A stretch of 64,000 nucleotides of DNA, from contig JAFVSK010000018.1 of NCBI GenBank assembly GCA_017503785.1, positions 106,079-170,078 on the forward strand, written 5' to 3'. The translations under genes were made by a program, and so were the position numbers. The first letter of the stretch is position 1. Each line of letters starts with the position of its first letter. This DNA is from Clostridia bacterium (GTDB lineage: Bacteria; Bacillota; Clostridia; Oscillospirales; Acutalibacteraceae). The notes below the pieces were generated by a model. The model was given only the letters and a program-made list of their open reading frames with translations. It had not been told where the DNA came from and ran no database searches. Shown here in pieces: positions 26,373-35,800 of this stretch.

Positions 26373-26534
26373 TCTACTTTTAGTAGACAATAGGCGCAAA
26401 AAATACACCCGACAGCATGCGCCTCCGTTGCCTATCAGGTGACTCCCATTATACTCTACTTTTGGTAGAAAGTCAAGCCGTTTTGCAAAATAATGCTTGC
26501 AATTTCTCTACTTATGCGATACAATAAGTAGAGA
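26373..26534. promoter_or_regulatory. Three operator-like palindromes in the divergent repressor/early region, with a putative cI promoter
   Basis: TCTACT-TTT-AGTAGA (26373-26387). TCTACT-TTT-GGTAGA (26455-26469). TCTCTACTTAT-N8-ATAAGTAGAGA (26505-26534). TTGCAA-N17-TACAAT (26497-26525) overlaps the third palindrome. Confidence 0.6.
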
Positions 26535-26585
26535 ACAGGAGAAAAAGCGGGGGTTTTGCGGTCACCTTTGGGGCACCTTGGCATA

Positions 26586-26624
26586 CCCTCGGCGGGACGA
26601 TGTGGGCATCGTCCCCTACGATGC
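26586..26624. repeat. REP-like GTAGGG-hairpin element inside the repressor leader
   Basis: CCCTCGGCGGGACGATG-TGGG-CATCGTCCCCTACGATGC. Confidence 0.8.
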
Positions 26625-26662
26625 ACCGCACACACCCCAAAACCAACACAGGAGATGATTGC

Positions 26663-27517
26663 ATGTCCATCGCCGAGAATATTAAGCGCCTGCGCGAACA
26701 GCACGGGCTCACCCAACGCGAGCTGGGCGACGTGGCCGGCGTGTCCGACAAGGCCGTTTCCACGTGGGAAAACGGCACCAAGGAGCCGCGCATGGGCGCG
26801 GTGTCCCGCATGGCAGCGCATTTTGGCATTCCCAAAAGCGCCATTTTGGACGATACACCCGCCGCCGCGGGCTTCCCTGCCGCCATTGATCGCCTGTGCG
26901 CCGCTTGGGGGCGCACGCCCGAGCGTGTGGAACGCGAGCTGCCGCTGCCGCACGGCCGTATGCTGCTCTTGCGCCGCGGTCAGGCCACCCCCACCGATGC
27001 CGAGCTGGATGCGTTTGCCGCCTATTTCCGCGTGCCGCGCACCGTGCTGCTGGGCGAAGAGGTGCCCACCGAAGCCGCCAACGTAACACCGCTCCCCGTG
27101 TCGGTACCTGCCGAGGTGCGCCGCATTCCCGTGCTGGGGCGCGTGCCTGCCGGCGTGCCGCTGGAGGCGGTCACCGATATTATTGACGAGATCGAGCTCG
27201 ACAGCCGCCTCACCGACAGCGGCTACGACTATTTCGGCCTGCTGGTCACGGGCGACAGCATGTTCCCCGAATACCGCGAGGGCGACGTGGTGATCCTGCG
27301 CGCCCAAAACACCGCCGAAACCGGCGACGACGTGGTGGCCTATATCGGCGGCTCCGATGCCACGCTCAAGCGCATTGCCGTGCTGGACGACGGTATTCAG
27401 CTTCGCCCCATCAACCCCGCCTACCCTGTGCGCAGCTTCACGCAGCAGGAGGTGGTGTCGCTGCCGGTCACGGTGGGCGGCATCGTGGTGGAGCAGCGGC
27501 GTATCAGGAGGCGATAA
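26663..27517 (+). CDS. CI/LexA-type phage repressor (XRE HTH + S24 peptidase)
   Basis: IKRLREQHGLTQRELGDVAGVSDKAVSTWENG HTH. The C-terminal ...VTGDSMFPEYREGDVVIL...ATLKRI carries the Ser/Lys dyad context of S24 peptidases. Start at MSIAENIK; the upstream track extension is REP sequence. Confidence 0.85.
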   Translation: MSIAENIKRLREQHGLTQRELGDVAGVSDKAVSTWENGTKEPRMGAVSRMAAHFGIPKSAILDDTPAAAGFPAAIDRLCAAWGRTPERVERELPLPHGRMLLLRRGQATPTDAELDAFAAYFRVPRTVLLGEEVPTEAANVTPLPVSVPAEVRRIPVLGRVPAGVPLEAVTDIIDEIELDSRLTDSGYDYFGLLVTGDSMFPEYREGDVVILRAQNTAETGDDVVAYIGGSDATLKRIAVLDDGIQLRPINPAYPVRSFTQQEVVSLPVTVGGIVVEQRRIRRR

Positions 27518-27518
27518 C

Positions 27519-28073
27519 ATGGCAGATTTCGGTTGTCGCAATTATTACGTGGTGATCGCGTGCGAGCATAAAGGAAAGCTGCTCATGCTGCACCGCAACC
27601 GCCGCAAGCACTACACCGGCTTTCAGGGTCGCTGGATGGGCATCGTGGGCAACAAAACCGAAAAAGTCCATCCTCACCTGGAGGCCATGCGCATTTTCCA
27701 CGAGGAAACCGGCCTCACCGCCACCAAGGTGCGCTACCGCGGGCTCATTCAAATGTGGCCGTATCCGGAGCTCATCGACGGTAAGTGGCACTTTTTCGTG
27801 GACGGCGTGGTCATGTTTGACATCATGAAATGGGAAGGCGAGCTGCAGCCCGAAACCTACCTCGGCACCTACGAATGGGTGCCCAAGGAGCGGGTGTACG
27901 AAAAGCTGTACAAAAAGCTGTGGCGACCCGACCGCGTGCTGCTCAAATGCCTGCGCGATAACATTAAGCTCACCCACCTGCGCTACAGCATCTACCCCGA
28001 CGACACCGTGCACCGCGCCGATCTGTTTGAAAAACGCATTGAGGGCGAGGCTTTTGAGGAGTGGAACGTATGA
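27519..28073 (+). CDS. NUDIX hydrolase
   Basis: 184 aa after an AGGAGG RBS. The G(x5)E(x7)REUxEExGU-like region is GNKTEKVHPHLEAMRIFHEETGL. The start is 1 nt after the repressor stop. Confidence 0.7.
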   Translation: MADFGCRNYYVVIACEHKGKLLMLHRNRRKHYTGFQGRWMGIVGNKTEKVHPHLEAMRIFHEETGLTATKVRYRGLIQMWPYPELIDGKWHFFVDGVVMFDIMKWEGELQPETYLGTYEWVPKERVYEKLYKKLWRPDRVLLKCLRDNIKLTHLRYSIYPDDTVHRADLFEKRIEGEAFEEWNV

Positions 28074-28747
28074 TACGGTATTTGCTGTTTGATATTGACG
28101 ATACGCTGCTGAATTTCCGCGACCAATCCGAGGCGGTCATTCAAGACACGCTGGCCGAGTTCGGCCTGCACTTTTCCGACGAGCAATTCGCGGTGTACCA
28201 CCGCATCAACAACGACCTGTGGAACCAAGTCAGCAACGGCACGCTCAGCCGCGAGGGGCTGTACGCCATTCGCTGGACGCGTGTGCTCGAGGCACTGAAC
28301 CTGCCGGGCGACGGCCCCGCCGTGGAGGCGCAGTTTCGCCGGCTGCTCAATTTGAGCGCCGTGCCCGAACAGGGCGCCGCCGAAACACTGCAGGCGCTGG
28401 CCTCGCGCTATACGCTGTGCACCGCCAGCAACGCCCCGCAGCGCCAGCAGGAGCTGCGGCTGGAAAAGGCCGATCTAAGCCGTTATTTTGCGCATATCTT
28501 CACGTCGGAGGGGTTGGGTGTCGATAAGCCCTCGCCGCTGTTTTTCGAGCGTATTTTAGAGGCACTCGGCAACCCCGCCCGTGACACGGTGATGATGCTG
28601 GGCGACTCGCCGCAGGCCGACGTGCTGGGCGCCGCCGCCGTGGGGCTGCGCACGTGCTTCGTCAATCTCCGCGGCGTGACCCTGCCGCCCGATTGCACCC
28701 CCGACCACACCGTAACCACCCTCCCCGACTTGCGTAAGTTCCTATAG
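28070..28747 (+). CDS. HAD-superfamily hydrolase (YjjG-like nucleotidase type)
   Basis: LLFDIDDTLL motif I, a TASNAP motif II region and MLGDSPQADVLGA motif IV. ATGA overlap with the NUDIX gene. Confidence 0.8.
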   Translation: MIRYLLFDIDDTLLNFRDQSEAVIQDTLAEFGLHFSDEQFAVYHRINNDLWNQVSNGTLSREGLYAIRWTRVLEALNLPGDGPAVEAQFRRLLNLSAVPEQGAAETLQALASRYTLCTASNAPQRQQELRLEKADLSRYFAHIFTSEGLGVDKPSPLFFERILEALGNPARDTVMMLGDSPQADVLGAAAVGLRTCFVNLRGVTLPPDCTPDHTVTTLPDLRKFL

Positions 28748-28893
28748 ACCCTCCCCGAGGGGGCTGGCACGGCAACGCCGTGACCGGGGGAGTTTTCACG
28801 CATTTGCACGACCCTCGGCGGGACGATGTGGGCATCGTCCCCTACGGTCGCTCAACCCTTGGCGGACCGTCAAGGACGCCGGTCCCTACGATG
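28748..28893. repeat. Composite REP-like elements
   Basis: CCCTCCCCGAGGGGGCTGGCACGGCAACGCCGTGACCGGGGGAG, then CGGCGGGACGATGTGGGCATCGTCCCCTAC, then GGCGGACCGTCAAGGACGCCGGTCCCTAC. Confidence 0.8.
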
Positions 28894-28923
28894 CTGATTG
28901 CGACACCGCACCCCCTCCCCGAA

Positions 28924-28962
28924 ACAAAAAAACACCGTCCGTCCGGACGGTGTTTTTTTATT
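28924..28962. terminator. Bidirectional terminator; also the left copy of a 38/39-bp direct repeat (see 47157-47194)
   Basis: ACAAAAAAACACCGTCCGTCCGGACGGTGTTTTTTTATT. Confidence 0.8.
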
Positions 28963-28963
28963 G

Positions 28964-29409
28964 TTAAAACTCGTTGGGGTTTTCCTCGTAGCTTTGAATG
29001 AGCGCTTCAATATCAAAATTATAGGTAGCAAAATACCGCGTGCCCGCGGCCTCGGCCGCCACCTTGCTGTCGAAGGCCATCGTCACGTTCACGATCCCCT
29101 CCTCACGCGCTTTCTGCAAATACTCCTTGAACTTTATCGGCGTGTCAAACTTCAGCAGACCCATGCTCTCCGTCAGCCGTTCCGCAAACTCCTCTGTGTG
29201 CGACACGGTGATCGACCCGTTATACTCCGGACTGTAGATCGCCTCGGTGCCGGCGCCCACGCCACGGCAGAAAGCACTCGCACGCCGGCCTTCCTGCGCC
29301 GTTTTCGACGGTTCGGCTTCGCCTTAGCGGCAACTATCGCACCGCAGCAGGAGCACAAAACAGCGTTGTCCTCCAGGGCGCTTCCGCATTTCGGGCAGTT
29401 CATAGACAT
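28964..29409 (-). pseudogene. Zinc-ribbon protein with a split reading frame (frameshift or sequencing error near 29321-29330)
   Basis: The N-terminal frame (29409 downwards) reads MSMNCPKCGSALEDNAVLCSCCGAIVAAKAKP and then turns Arg-rich. The second frame is open from 29323 (GEAEPSKTAQEG...) to 28964 and looks like a normal protein (..EYLQKAREEGIVNVTMAFD..). Confidence 0.45.
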
Positions 29410-29492
29410 TCCTCCGCTGTGATTTCAAAATGAGGGGATGCATCACACATCCCCTCATGACTTGTTCGTTTACAAAGCCGTTACGCTTCTGC

Positions 29493-30440
29493 TCAATCGC
29501 AGCAGGGATCGGCCTTTTTGGCTGCCGCGGGAGCATCGGGTGCCGACGGCGTGGTATCGCCCAGGCCGGAGGTCTCCGAGAAGAGCACGTTGGCCTTGGT
29601 CATATCCACCACGTCGCTGGGAACGATGATCTTCGAGGCCTTACCGTCGGCCATGGCCACCAGCGCCTCATACTTTTTCAGCTCCAGCACCGCCGTGTCC
29701 ACGCCCGCCTCTTTCAGCGCACGCAAGCCGTCGGCTTCGGCCTTTTTGGACAGGAAGATCGCGCGGGCCTCACCCTCGGCGCGAGCAATGCGGGCATCGC
29801 GTTCACCCTCGGCGGCCAAGATCATGGCCTGCTTGTCACCCTCGGCGCGGGTGATCGCCGCCGCCTTGTGGCCCTCGGCCTGCAGCAGCGTTTCACGGCG
29901 ATCGCGTTCGGCCTTCATCTGCTTTTCCATGGCGTTTTGGATCTCCGTGGGCGGAATGATATTCTTCAGCTCCACACGGTTTACCTTAATGCCCCACTTA
30001 TCGGTGGCTTCGTCCAAGATCTCGGTCATTTTGGCGTTGATGGTATCACGTGAGGTAAGCGTGCCGTCAAGCTCCAGCTCACCCACGATATTACGCAGCG
30101 TGGTTGCCGCCAGATTGGACAGTGCCGAAATGGGATTCACGGCACCGTAGGCGTACAGCTTGGCATCGTACACCGAATAGTAGATGACGGTGTCGATCTG
30201 CATGGTCACGTTATCCTTGGTGATCACCGGCTGCGGAGGGGAATCCAGCACCTGCTCCTTCAGCGTTACCTTTTTGGAAATACGCTCAAGCAGCGGCACC
30301 TTTACGTGGAAGCCGGCCGACCACGTAGTCTTATACTTACCCAAAAACTCCACCACGTACTCGTGCGCCTGCGGCACGATCTTGGCGTTTGCCAGCACAA
30401 ACACGATCGCAACGACCGCTAAAGCAACGATCCATCCCAT
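29493..30440 (-). CDS. SPFH/Band-7 (stomatin/prohibitin-like) membrane protein
   Basis: N-terminal TM, then KIVPQAHEYVVEFLGKY...QVLDSPPQPVITKDNVTMQIDTVIYY and an EA-rich coiled-coil. The ATG at 30440 follows AAGGAG. Confidence 0.9.
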   Translation of the reverse strand: MGWIVALAVVAIVFVLANAKIVPQAHEYVVEFLGKYKTTWSAGFHVKVPLLERISKKVTLKEQVLDSPPQPVITKDNVTMQIDTVIYYSVYDAKLYAYGAVNPISALSNLAATTLRNIVGELELDGTLTSRDTINAKMTEILDEATDKWGIKVNRVELKNIIPPTEIQNAMEKQMKAERDRRETLLQAEGHKAAAITRAEGDKQAMILAAEGERDARIARAEGEARAIFLSKKAEADGLRALKEAGVDTAVLELKKYEALVAMADGKASKIIVPSDVVDMTKANVLFSETSGLGDTTPSAPDAPAAAKKADPCCD

Positions 30441-30461
30441 AGTTAACACTCCTTACCTTAC

Positions 30462-32108
30462 TTATTTTACGGCGTACACGTCCACGGTACCATCCTCGTT
30501 GTAGGCATACACGTACATCATCTTACCGGGAACCTCCACGCACGAAAAGCTGGAATACCCGTCGAGTATGGTGGTGCCGGAGATCACATCCACCAGTGCG
30601 TACTCGTAGTCGGGCTTATTCACCTTCACGATCCACGGACAGAAGCTGCTGCCCTCGATCGTGAAATCCTTATCCTTCAGCGAGTAGTACGTTGTTTTAT
30701 CGTCCACCTTCTTGCTCATCAGGAACGTAGAATAGGTGTCGAAATCGCAGTCCTCGGTTTCGGTGCCCTGATACAGCACGGTGCCGTCCTTTTTGATCAG
30801 CGTATAGTTGTCGTCGTTTTTCAGGAACCACGCGTTGTTCGTCAGCTTATCCACATACGCGTACTCGTAGGTACCCTCGATGACCACGTTACCCGACAGG
30901 TCGTACAACTTTTGGTCGGCCAGCACCAGCTCGCCGTACAGATTGGGCATCGCGGTAAATTCGGCGCTGACCACTTTGCCCGTGGTATCCATATATACAT
31001 AGGCTCTCACGTCGCCATATTTGGAGGCCAGAATGTAGTCATCTTCGCTTTCCAACGGCACGAAGCCGTCTTCGGTATACGTAAACAGCGTATTGCCGTC
31101 GGAATCGTATACTGCACCGTTCAGCGCATACATACCGTTTTCAAAAAGATCGGCACCCTCCGGCAACGCGGCGCCCTTGTCGTTCACCGTCTTCTGCTGC
31201 TCATCGTCGGTGACGTACCGCACGAAGTTGCCGTACCCCGAAACCGTATACGGCGTGGTGCCCGTCACACCGTCCAGCAGCTTGCCGGCAACCGTGTCGA
31301 ACACGTACCAGTTGCCCTTGAACAGAATATCGCCTTCCTTGGCAGACAGCGAGAACATCGAATCGGTGTAATACATCAGCATTTCGTCTTTGTTCTCGGT
31401 TTGCTCGGTCAGCTCGATCACACGCACGTAGCGGTCGTTGATCTTTTTGATTTCGGCGTACTTGGCAGGAATGATCTCGCGGCCGTTCACGTCCACCAGG
31501 CCGTAGCAGTTGAGCGTGGCCAGGTTATTCATATCGTACGTCACGGGCGCCGTGGTCACCTTAAAGAAGTTCCCCACCACATCGCAGGTGGTGTACAGGC
31601 CACCGGTATCGGATTTGCCGTCAAGCGACACGATATGGTACTTGCCGGAATCATCCTTGTAAAACACACCCACTTTTGACGTGGTGCTCACCGAATCGGC
31701 GATGGTACCGATCTTGGTGGCTGTAAAGCCCGTGGGGAACGCCGTGTAGGCCTCGCCCGACACCGCACCGCCCTGCTGGACGCTCGATTGATCGTTTTGG
31801 TCGTTATCCTGAACGTTGTTTTCTTCATCGTTCAAGCCGCTGTTGGTATCGGTTTGGCCGTAGCCCTCGCTCTGGAACAGTTTTTCGGCCGTAAAGCCAA
31901 TACCCGCCAGCACCAGCAGCACCACCGCAACGATGGCAATGATCAGCCCTGTCTTCTTTTTTTGGGGCGTTTGCTGCACAGGCGGCTGCTGATACACCGG
32001 CGCCGCCGGCTGCGAGGGGGCCTCCTGAACGATAAATTGCGTGCCGCAGTTGGGGCAAAACGCATCGGTTTCCTTTACCTCGGCGTTACAAATAGGACAA
32101 ACCATCAT
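30462..32108 (-). CDS. Zinc-ribbon / single-TM protein with extracytoplasmic WG-type repeats
   Basis: MMVCPICNAEVKETDAFCPNCG, a Pro/Gln linker, a TM helix, then repeats of the YGLVDVNGREIIPAKYAEI type. Confidence 0.75.
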   Translation of the reverse strand: MMVCPICNAEVKETDAFCPNCGTQFIVQEAPSQPAAPVYQQPPVQQTPQKKKTGLIIAIVAVVLLVLAGIGFTAEKLFQSEGYGQTDTNSGLNDEENNVQDNDQNDQSSVQQGGAVSGEAYTAFPTGFTATKIGTIADSVSTTSKVGVFYKDDSGKYHIVSLDGKSDTGGLYTTCDVVGNFFKVTTAPVTYDMNNLATLNCYGLVDVNGREIIPAKYAEIKKINDRYVRVIELTEQTENKDEMLMYYTDSMFSLSAKEGDILFKGNWYVFDTVAGKLLDGVTGTTPYTVSGYGNFVRYVTDDEQQKTVNDKGAALPEGADLFENGMYALNGAVYDSDGNTLFTYTEDGFVPLESEDDYILASKYGDVRAYVYMDTTGKVVSAEFTAMPNLYGELVLADQKLYDLSGNVVIEGTYEYAYVDKLTNNAWFLKNDDNYTLIKKDGTVLYQGTETEDCDFDTYSTFLMSKKVDDKTTYYSLKDKDFTIEGSSFCPWIVKVNKPDYEYALVDVISGTTILDGYSSFSCVEVPGKMMYVYAYNEDGTVDVYAVK

Positions 32109-32129
32109 GGGATATTCCTCCTTGTCAAA

Positions 32130-32747
32130 TCAGTTAACAAACAGTGCGCTGCGCTTTTGGAAGTAGGTGCGATTCAAGAGGATCATGGCAATCGAAACAA
32201 CCACCGACGGCACAACGGTTGCCAGATCATTCACACCCGACACCACCGCCACGGCGAGGGTGTACAGCAGCGAAACAGCGGCACCGGCCGCATACAGCAC
32301 GTACAAGCAGGTGGGGCCGTTCTTCTTGTATTTCGCCAAGCGGAAGCGGGTGTACACACCAAAAGCCGACATAGCCAACAGCACCACACCGTAAAACACG
32401 TCCACCGCCTTCAGAGCAGCACCGTACAGACTATACACCTGCTCCGCCGAAACCTGACCGTTGGTTTGCACAAAATAGATGCCGCCGCTAATGTAGTTGA
32501 ACCCGTTCACCACGTTCAACACCGCACCGAGAAACAGCGCAAAGTAGATCAAGAACTTAAACCACGACATCGGCTGCTCCGCCACAGGAGGTGTGGGCGC
32601 TGCCTGCTGCGGCATCGGCTGCACGTAAACCGGAGCCTGCGGCGCCGCGGGCGCCTGCTCCCCTTCCGTAACAAACGGCGTACCGCAGGCGGTGCAAAAC
32701 CGCGCAGCATCCTCCACCACGGCGTTGCAATTGGGACATTGCTTCAT
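32130..32747 (-). CDS. Zinc-ribbon multi-pass membrane protein
   Basis: MKQCPNCNAVVEDAARFCTACG, a Pro/Ala/Gln linker and four predicted TM helices. Confidence 0.7.
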   Translation of the reverse strand: MKQCPNCNAVVEDAARFCTACGTPFVTEGEQAPAAPQAPVYVQPMPQQAAPTPPVAEQPMSWFKFLIYFALFLGAVLNVVNGFNYISGGIYFVQTNGQVSAEQVYSLYGAALKAVDVFYGVVLLAMSAFGVYTRFRLAKYKKNGPTCLYVLYAAGAAVSLLYTLAVAVVSGVNDLATVVPSVVVSIAMILLNRTYFQKRSALFVN

Positions 32748-32824
32748 AATACTTCCTCCTTAAATTAGACAAAAGGCTCCCCATAAAGTGCCTTTATGGG
32801 GAGCCTTCAAGATCCGTTTACGCG

Positions 32825-35800
32825 TTATGCGTTCTTCTTGCGTTTCTTGTAGATCACGAAGAAGATGATGGCCGCCGTCAGCAGCAGCACGCCGCCAATG
32901 ACACCCCAACGCAGGGTCTTGTTCGCCCAGAACTGTACGATAAAGGCGTTTGAGTTGATCGAAACGTTGCCAATCGTTACAGTGTATTCATTCGCCTTAC
33001 CATCGTTGCCGCTGGCACGGTCAGTACACTCGATGCGCACGTTCTGATACAAGCCCTTGTCGATGGTAAAGGTGATTGCACCGTTACCCACAGTCAGCTC
33101 ATCAGCCAGCTTATCATCAACCAGATTGACCAATTCCTTCAGCTTATTACCGTCCTCATCCACTAAGTATACCAACAGCGAATACAGCGCACCGCCGTCG
33201 TCAGTGGGGATCAGCGTAACAACCTGCTTATCGGTCTGATATCTACCGTCTTCGGTAATACCCGACACCGTTACCACAGGCGGGGTACGGTCAACAACGA
33301 AGTTGATGGCCGCATCCTTTACGTCGCTGAACGCGTCGTTCTTTGCCTTATCGGTAGACGACACCACCAGGATGTATTCGCCCTCGGCCTCAAACAGTTC
33401 CTTCTTCACCGTGTAGGTGTAGCGCTTCCACTGGCCCACACCGCCGGTGGACTCAACCGTGTAATCGGTATCCTTCACCAGCTCCACGCCGTTGAGCGTA
33501 ACGTTGTACTCTGTCAGCACGTCGGTGTTGATCTCGTGGATCACCACGTCGCTCGTTACGTTCTTCACGTAGTACTGCTTCAGCAGCTCCTGAACGTCCT
33601 CAGACAGCTCGTAGGTGGAGCCGAAGCGGTTCACCGAGAAGAGAATAGACTTTTGGGTGGTTCTGCCTGCCATGTCGGTCAAGCTGACCGACAGCGTGTA
33701 GATATCGTCGATCTCCTTCTTCTCCGCAAAGTTGTCGAAGGTGAAGGTCTGACCGAAGGTGCGGCCGGCGCGGATATCGTCAACGGACTTACCGGAGATC
33801 TTCACGCCCTTGCGGTTTACGCCGGTCAGCGTAATGGTTACGTTGTTCTCGTCCCAGTTGGTATCCGAGTAGGTCACCACGGGGATCACGTCGCCGGCAT
33901 TGGCCGACTTGTCGGCCACACCGGTGATCTCCAACGCGGGATCAATGTTATCTACAACGAAGTTCTGCTTCGCAAAGTCAGCAGCATCGTTGCCCGCCAG
34001 ATCCTTCATCGCAATATCGAAGGTGTACTCCGCATCGGCGCTGTAGGTGATAGTGGCGGTATGCGTATCGCCGTTGGATACCCAAGCAGTGGGCGCAGGA
34101 GCTGCAACCGTTGTCAGGGGATCCTGGGCCGTGATATCAAAGGTCACGCGATCAGCGGCGAAGTTGTGCTCCGTGATGGTCACAGTTGCCACACGCGTTC
34201 TCTGATAATACTTGCCGTTGTACACGTCGTTGTTATCGTAAGTAACCACGATCACCGGCAACGTCTTATCAATGGTGAACTCATACGGCTGCACCGAATT
34301 ACCGGTTTCAACCTCTTCGTTCGCATTACCGGCTTCGTCGGTGTACTTCACACTAAACGTGTAGTCGCCGTCTGCAACGTAGTCAATGGTAGCAGTCCAA
34401 GTGGTATCGTCCAAATTGCCGGTACCCTCCGTCTTGGTCCAGCCAACCACGGCAGGAATCACGCCATCGGTATTGGTAATGTCAATTTCCACCTTTTCCT
34501 GGTTGAAATTGCGCTCGGTAATCGTGATAGTAGCCTTTCTGTCGGCCTTGAAGTACTTAACGCTGCCAACGTCGGCCTGGTTGTTATCATACGATACGTT
34601 GATCTTCGGCTTCGTGATATCGATCTGGATATCCTTATATGTGGTAATCGTCGTGTTACCGGCGTTATCGGTAGCAGTTACCGTTACACAAACGTGGTTG
34701 CTATTGAAATTGCTTGCAGGGATCACGATTTCGCCGTTCCAAGAATGGATCAACTTGTCGTACTCGCCACGCACCACTTCGCCATCAACATCGGCTTGCA
34801 GTTCAGCGTTTTCCATCAACGCCGCCGTATATTCAGCATTAATATCGGCAGCAACAATCTGGTAACTAATCTCTTTCAAACCGGAATAATATCCGTTCAG
34901 ATCAGCCGTGGCACCCACATATTTAGGATCCTGCACAAACAGCTTCACAGTTACGTCGCTGTTGTTGAAACCTAGAGCATTAGCGCCTTGAGGTGCAATG
35001 GTGATTTTCGGCGGTTGCTGTTCTTCCGAGCCATCGGGAGCCTTATCGTCCACCACGATACCACGCGAATGGATAATGGTGGTATTAGTCGACTTGTCCT
35101 CCACGCGCACATACACGATCACACGCGTGTTCGGCTCAATTCGGAAGCCGTTTTCAGCATCGTATTCCACCCAGTTTTCCTCTAATTTAAACGCCTCGTC
35201 GTGGTTGACGATCTGATACTTAACGGAAGCTACACCACTGGTCTTGTCAAAGGCCGACAGCTTCACCGTAATCGTTGTTTGCGAGAAGACGTTAAACGCG
35301 ATTTCGTTCAGATCCTCCGGCTTCACCGATTTATCGCCAACAAAGATATCCAAATCGCCGGTCAACGGAGCGGTCTTATCCACCGTAAAGGTATCGACAA
35401 CCTCGTCCTTCTGTGCATTGCCGGCCAAATCCTCGCCGGTGATCTTAATGCTGTAGTTTGCTTCGGTCTCAAACGGAATTTCGGTAACAAAAACATTCGT
35501 CGCTTCTTCCGTCCAAGTGGCTTCCTGCAAATATTCCGCATAATTAAGCACGGTTTCGCCCTGCTTAAACTCGGTAATCTTCACCTCGTCGCCGGTCGTC
35601 TTATCATATTCGAAACCGGTCACTTCCAGGTTCATCAGCGTAGCATTAAAGTTGTGCTCCTTCACCGTTACCTTAACGGTCTTGTTCTTATCGTAGAAAG
35701 CACCGTTAGCCGGCTCAATCGAAATTTCCGGCTTCGTTGTATCCACCGTAAACTCCTTCTTGTAACTGGATGCGTTACCCGAACGATCGGTATATTCAAT

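Larger units (their letters stand above)
13152..27517. mobile_element. Compact prophage-like element (lysis, structural, packaging, late regulator, ori-like region, CI repressor); no integrase or tape-measure gene adjacent
   Basis: Contiguous phage-type genes on the minus strand with 4-nt overlaps, plus a divergent S24-peptidase repressor. The boundaries are not defined by any repeats I could see. Confidence 0.75.

Noticed and set aside
33536-34975. Long plus-strand ORFs inside the giant gene (also 35201-35974, 37445-38764, 38774-39589) and 43302-45128 opposite the FHA-protease gene.
   Set aside because: They are antisense to genes with clear domain content, have no RBS and have odd composition.
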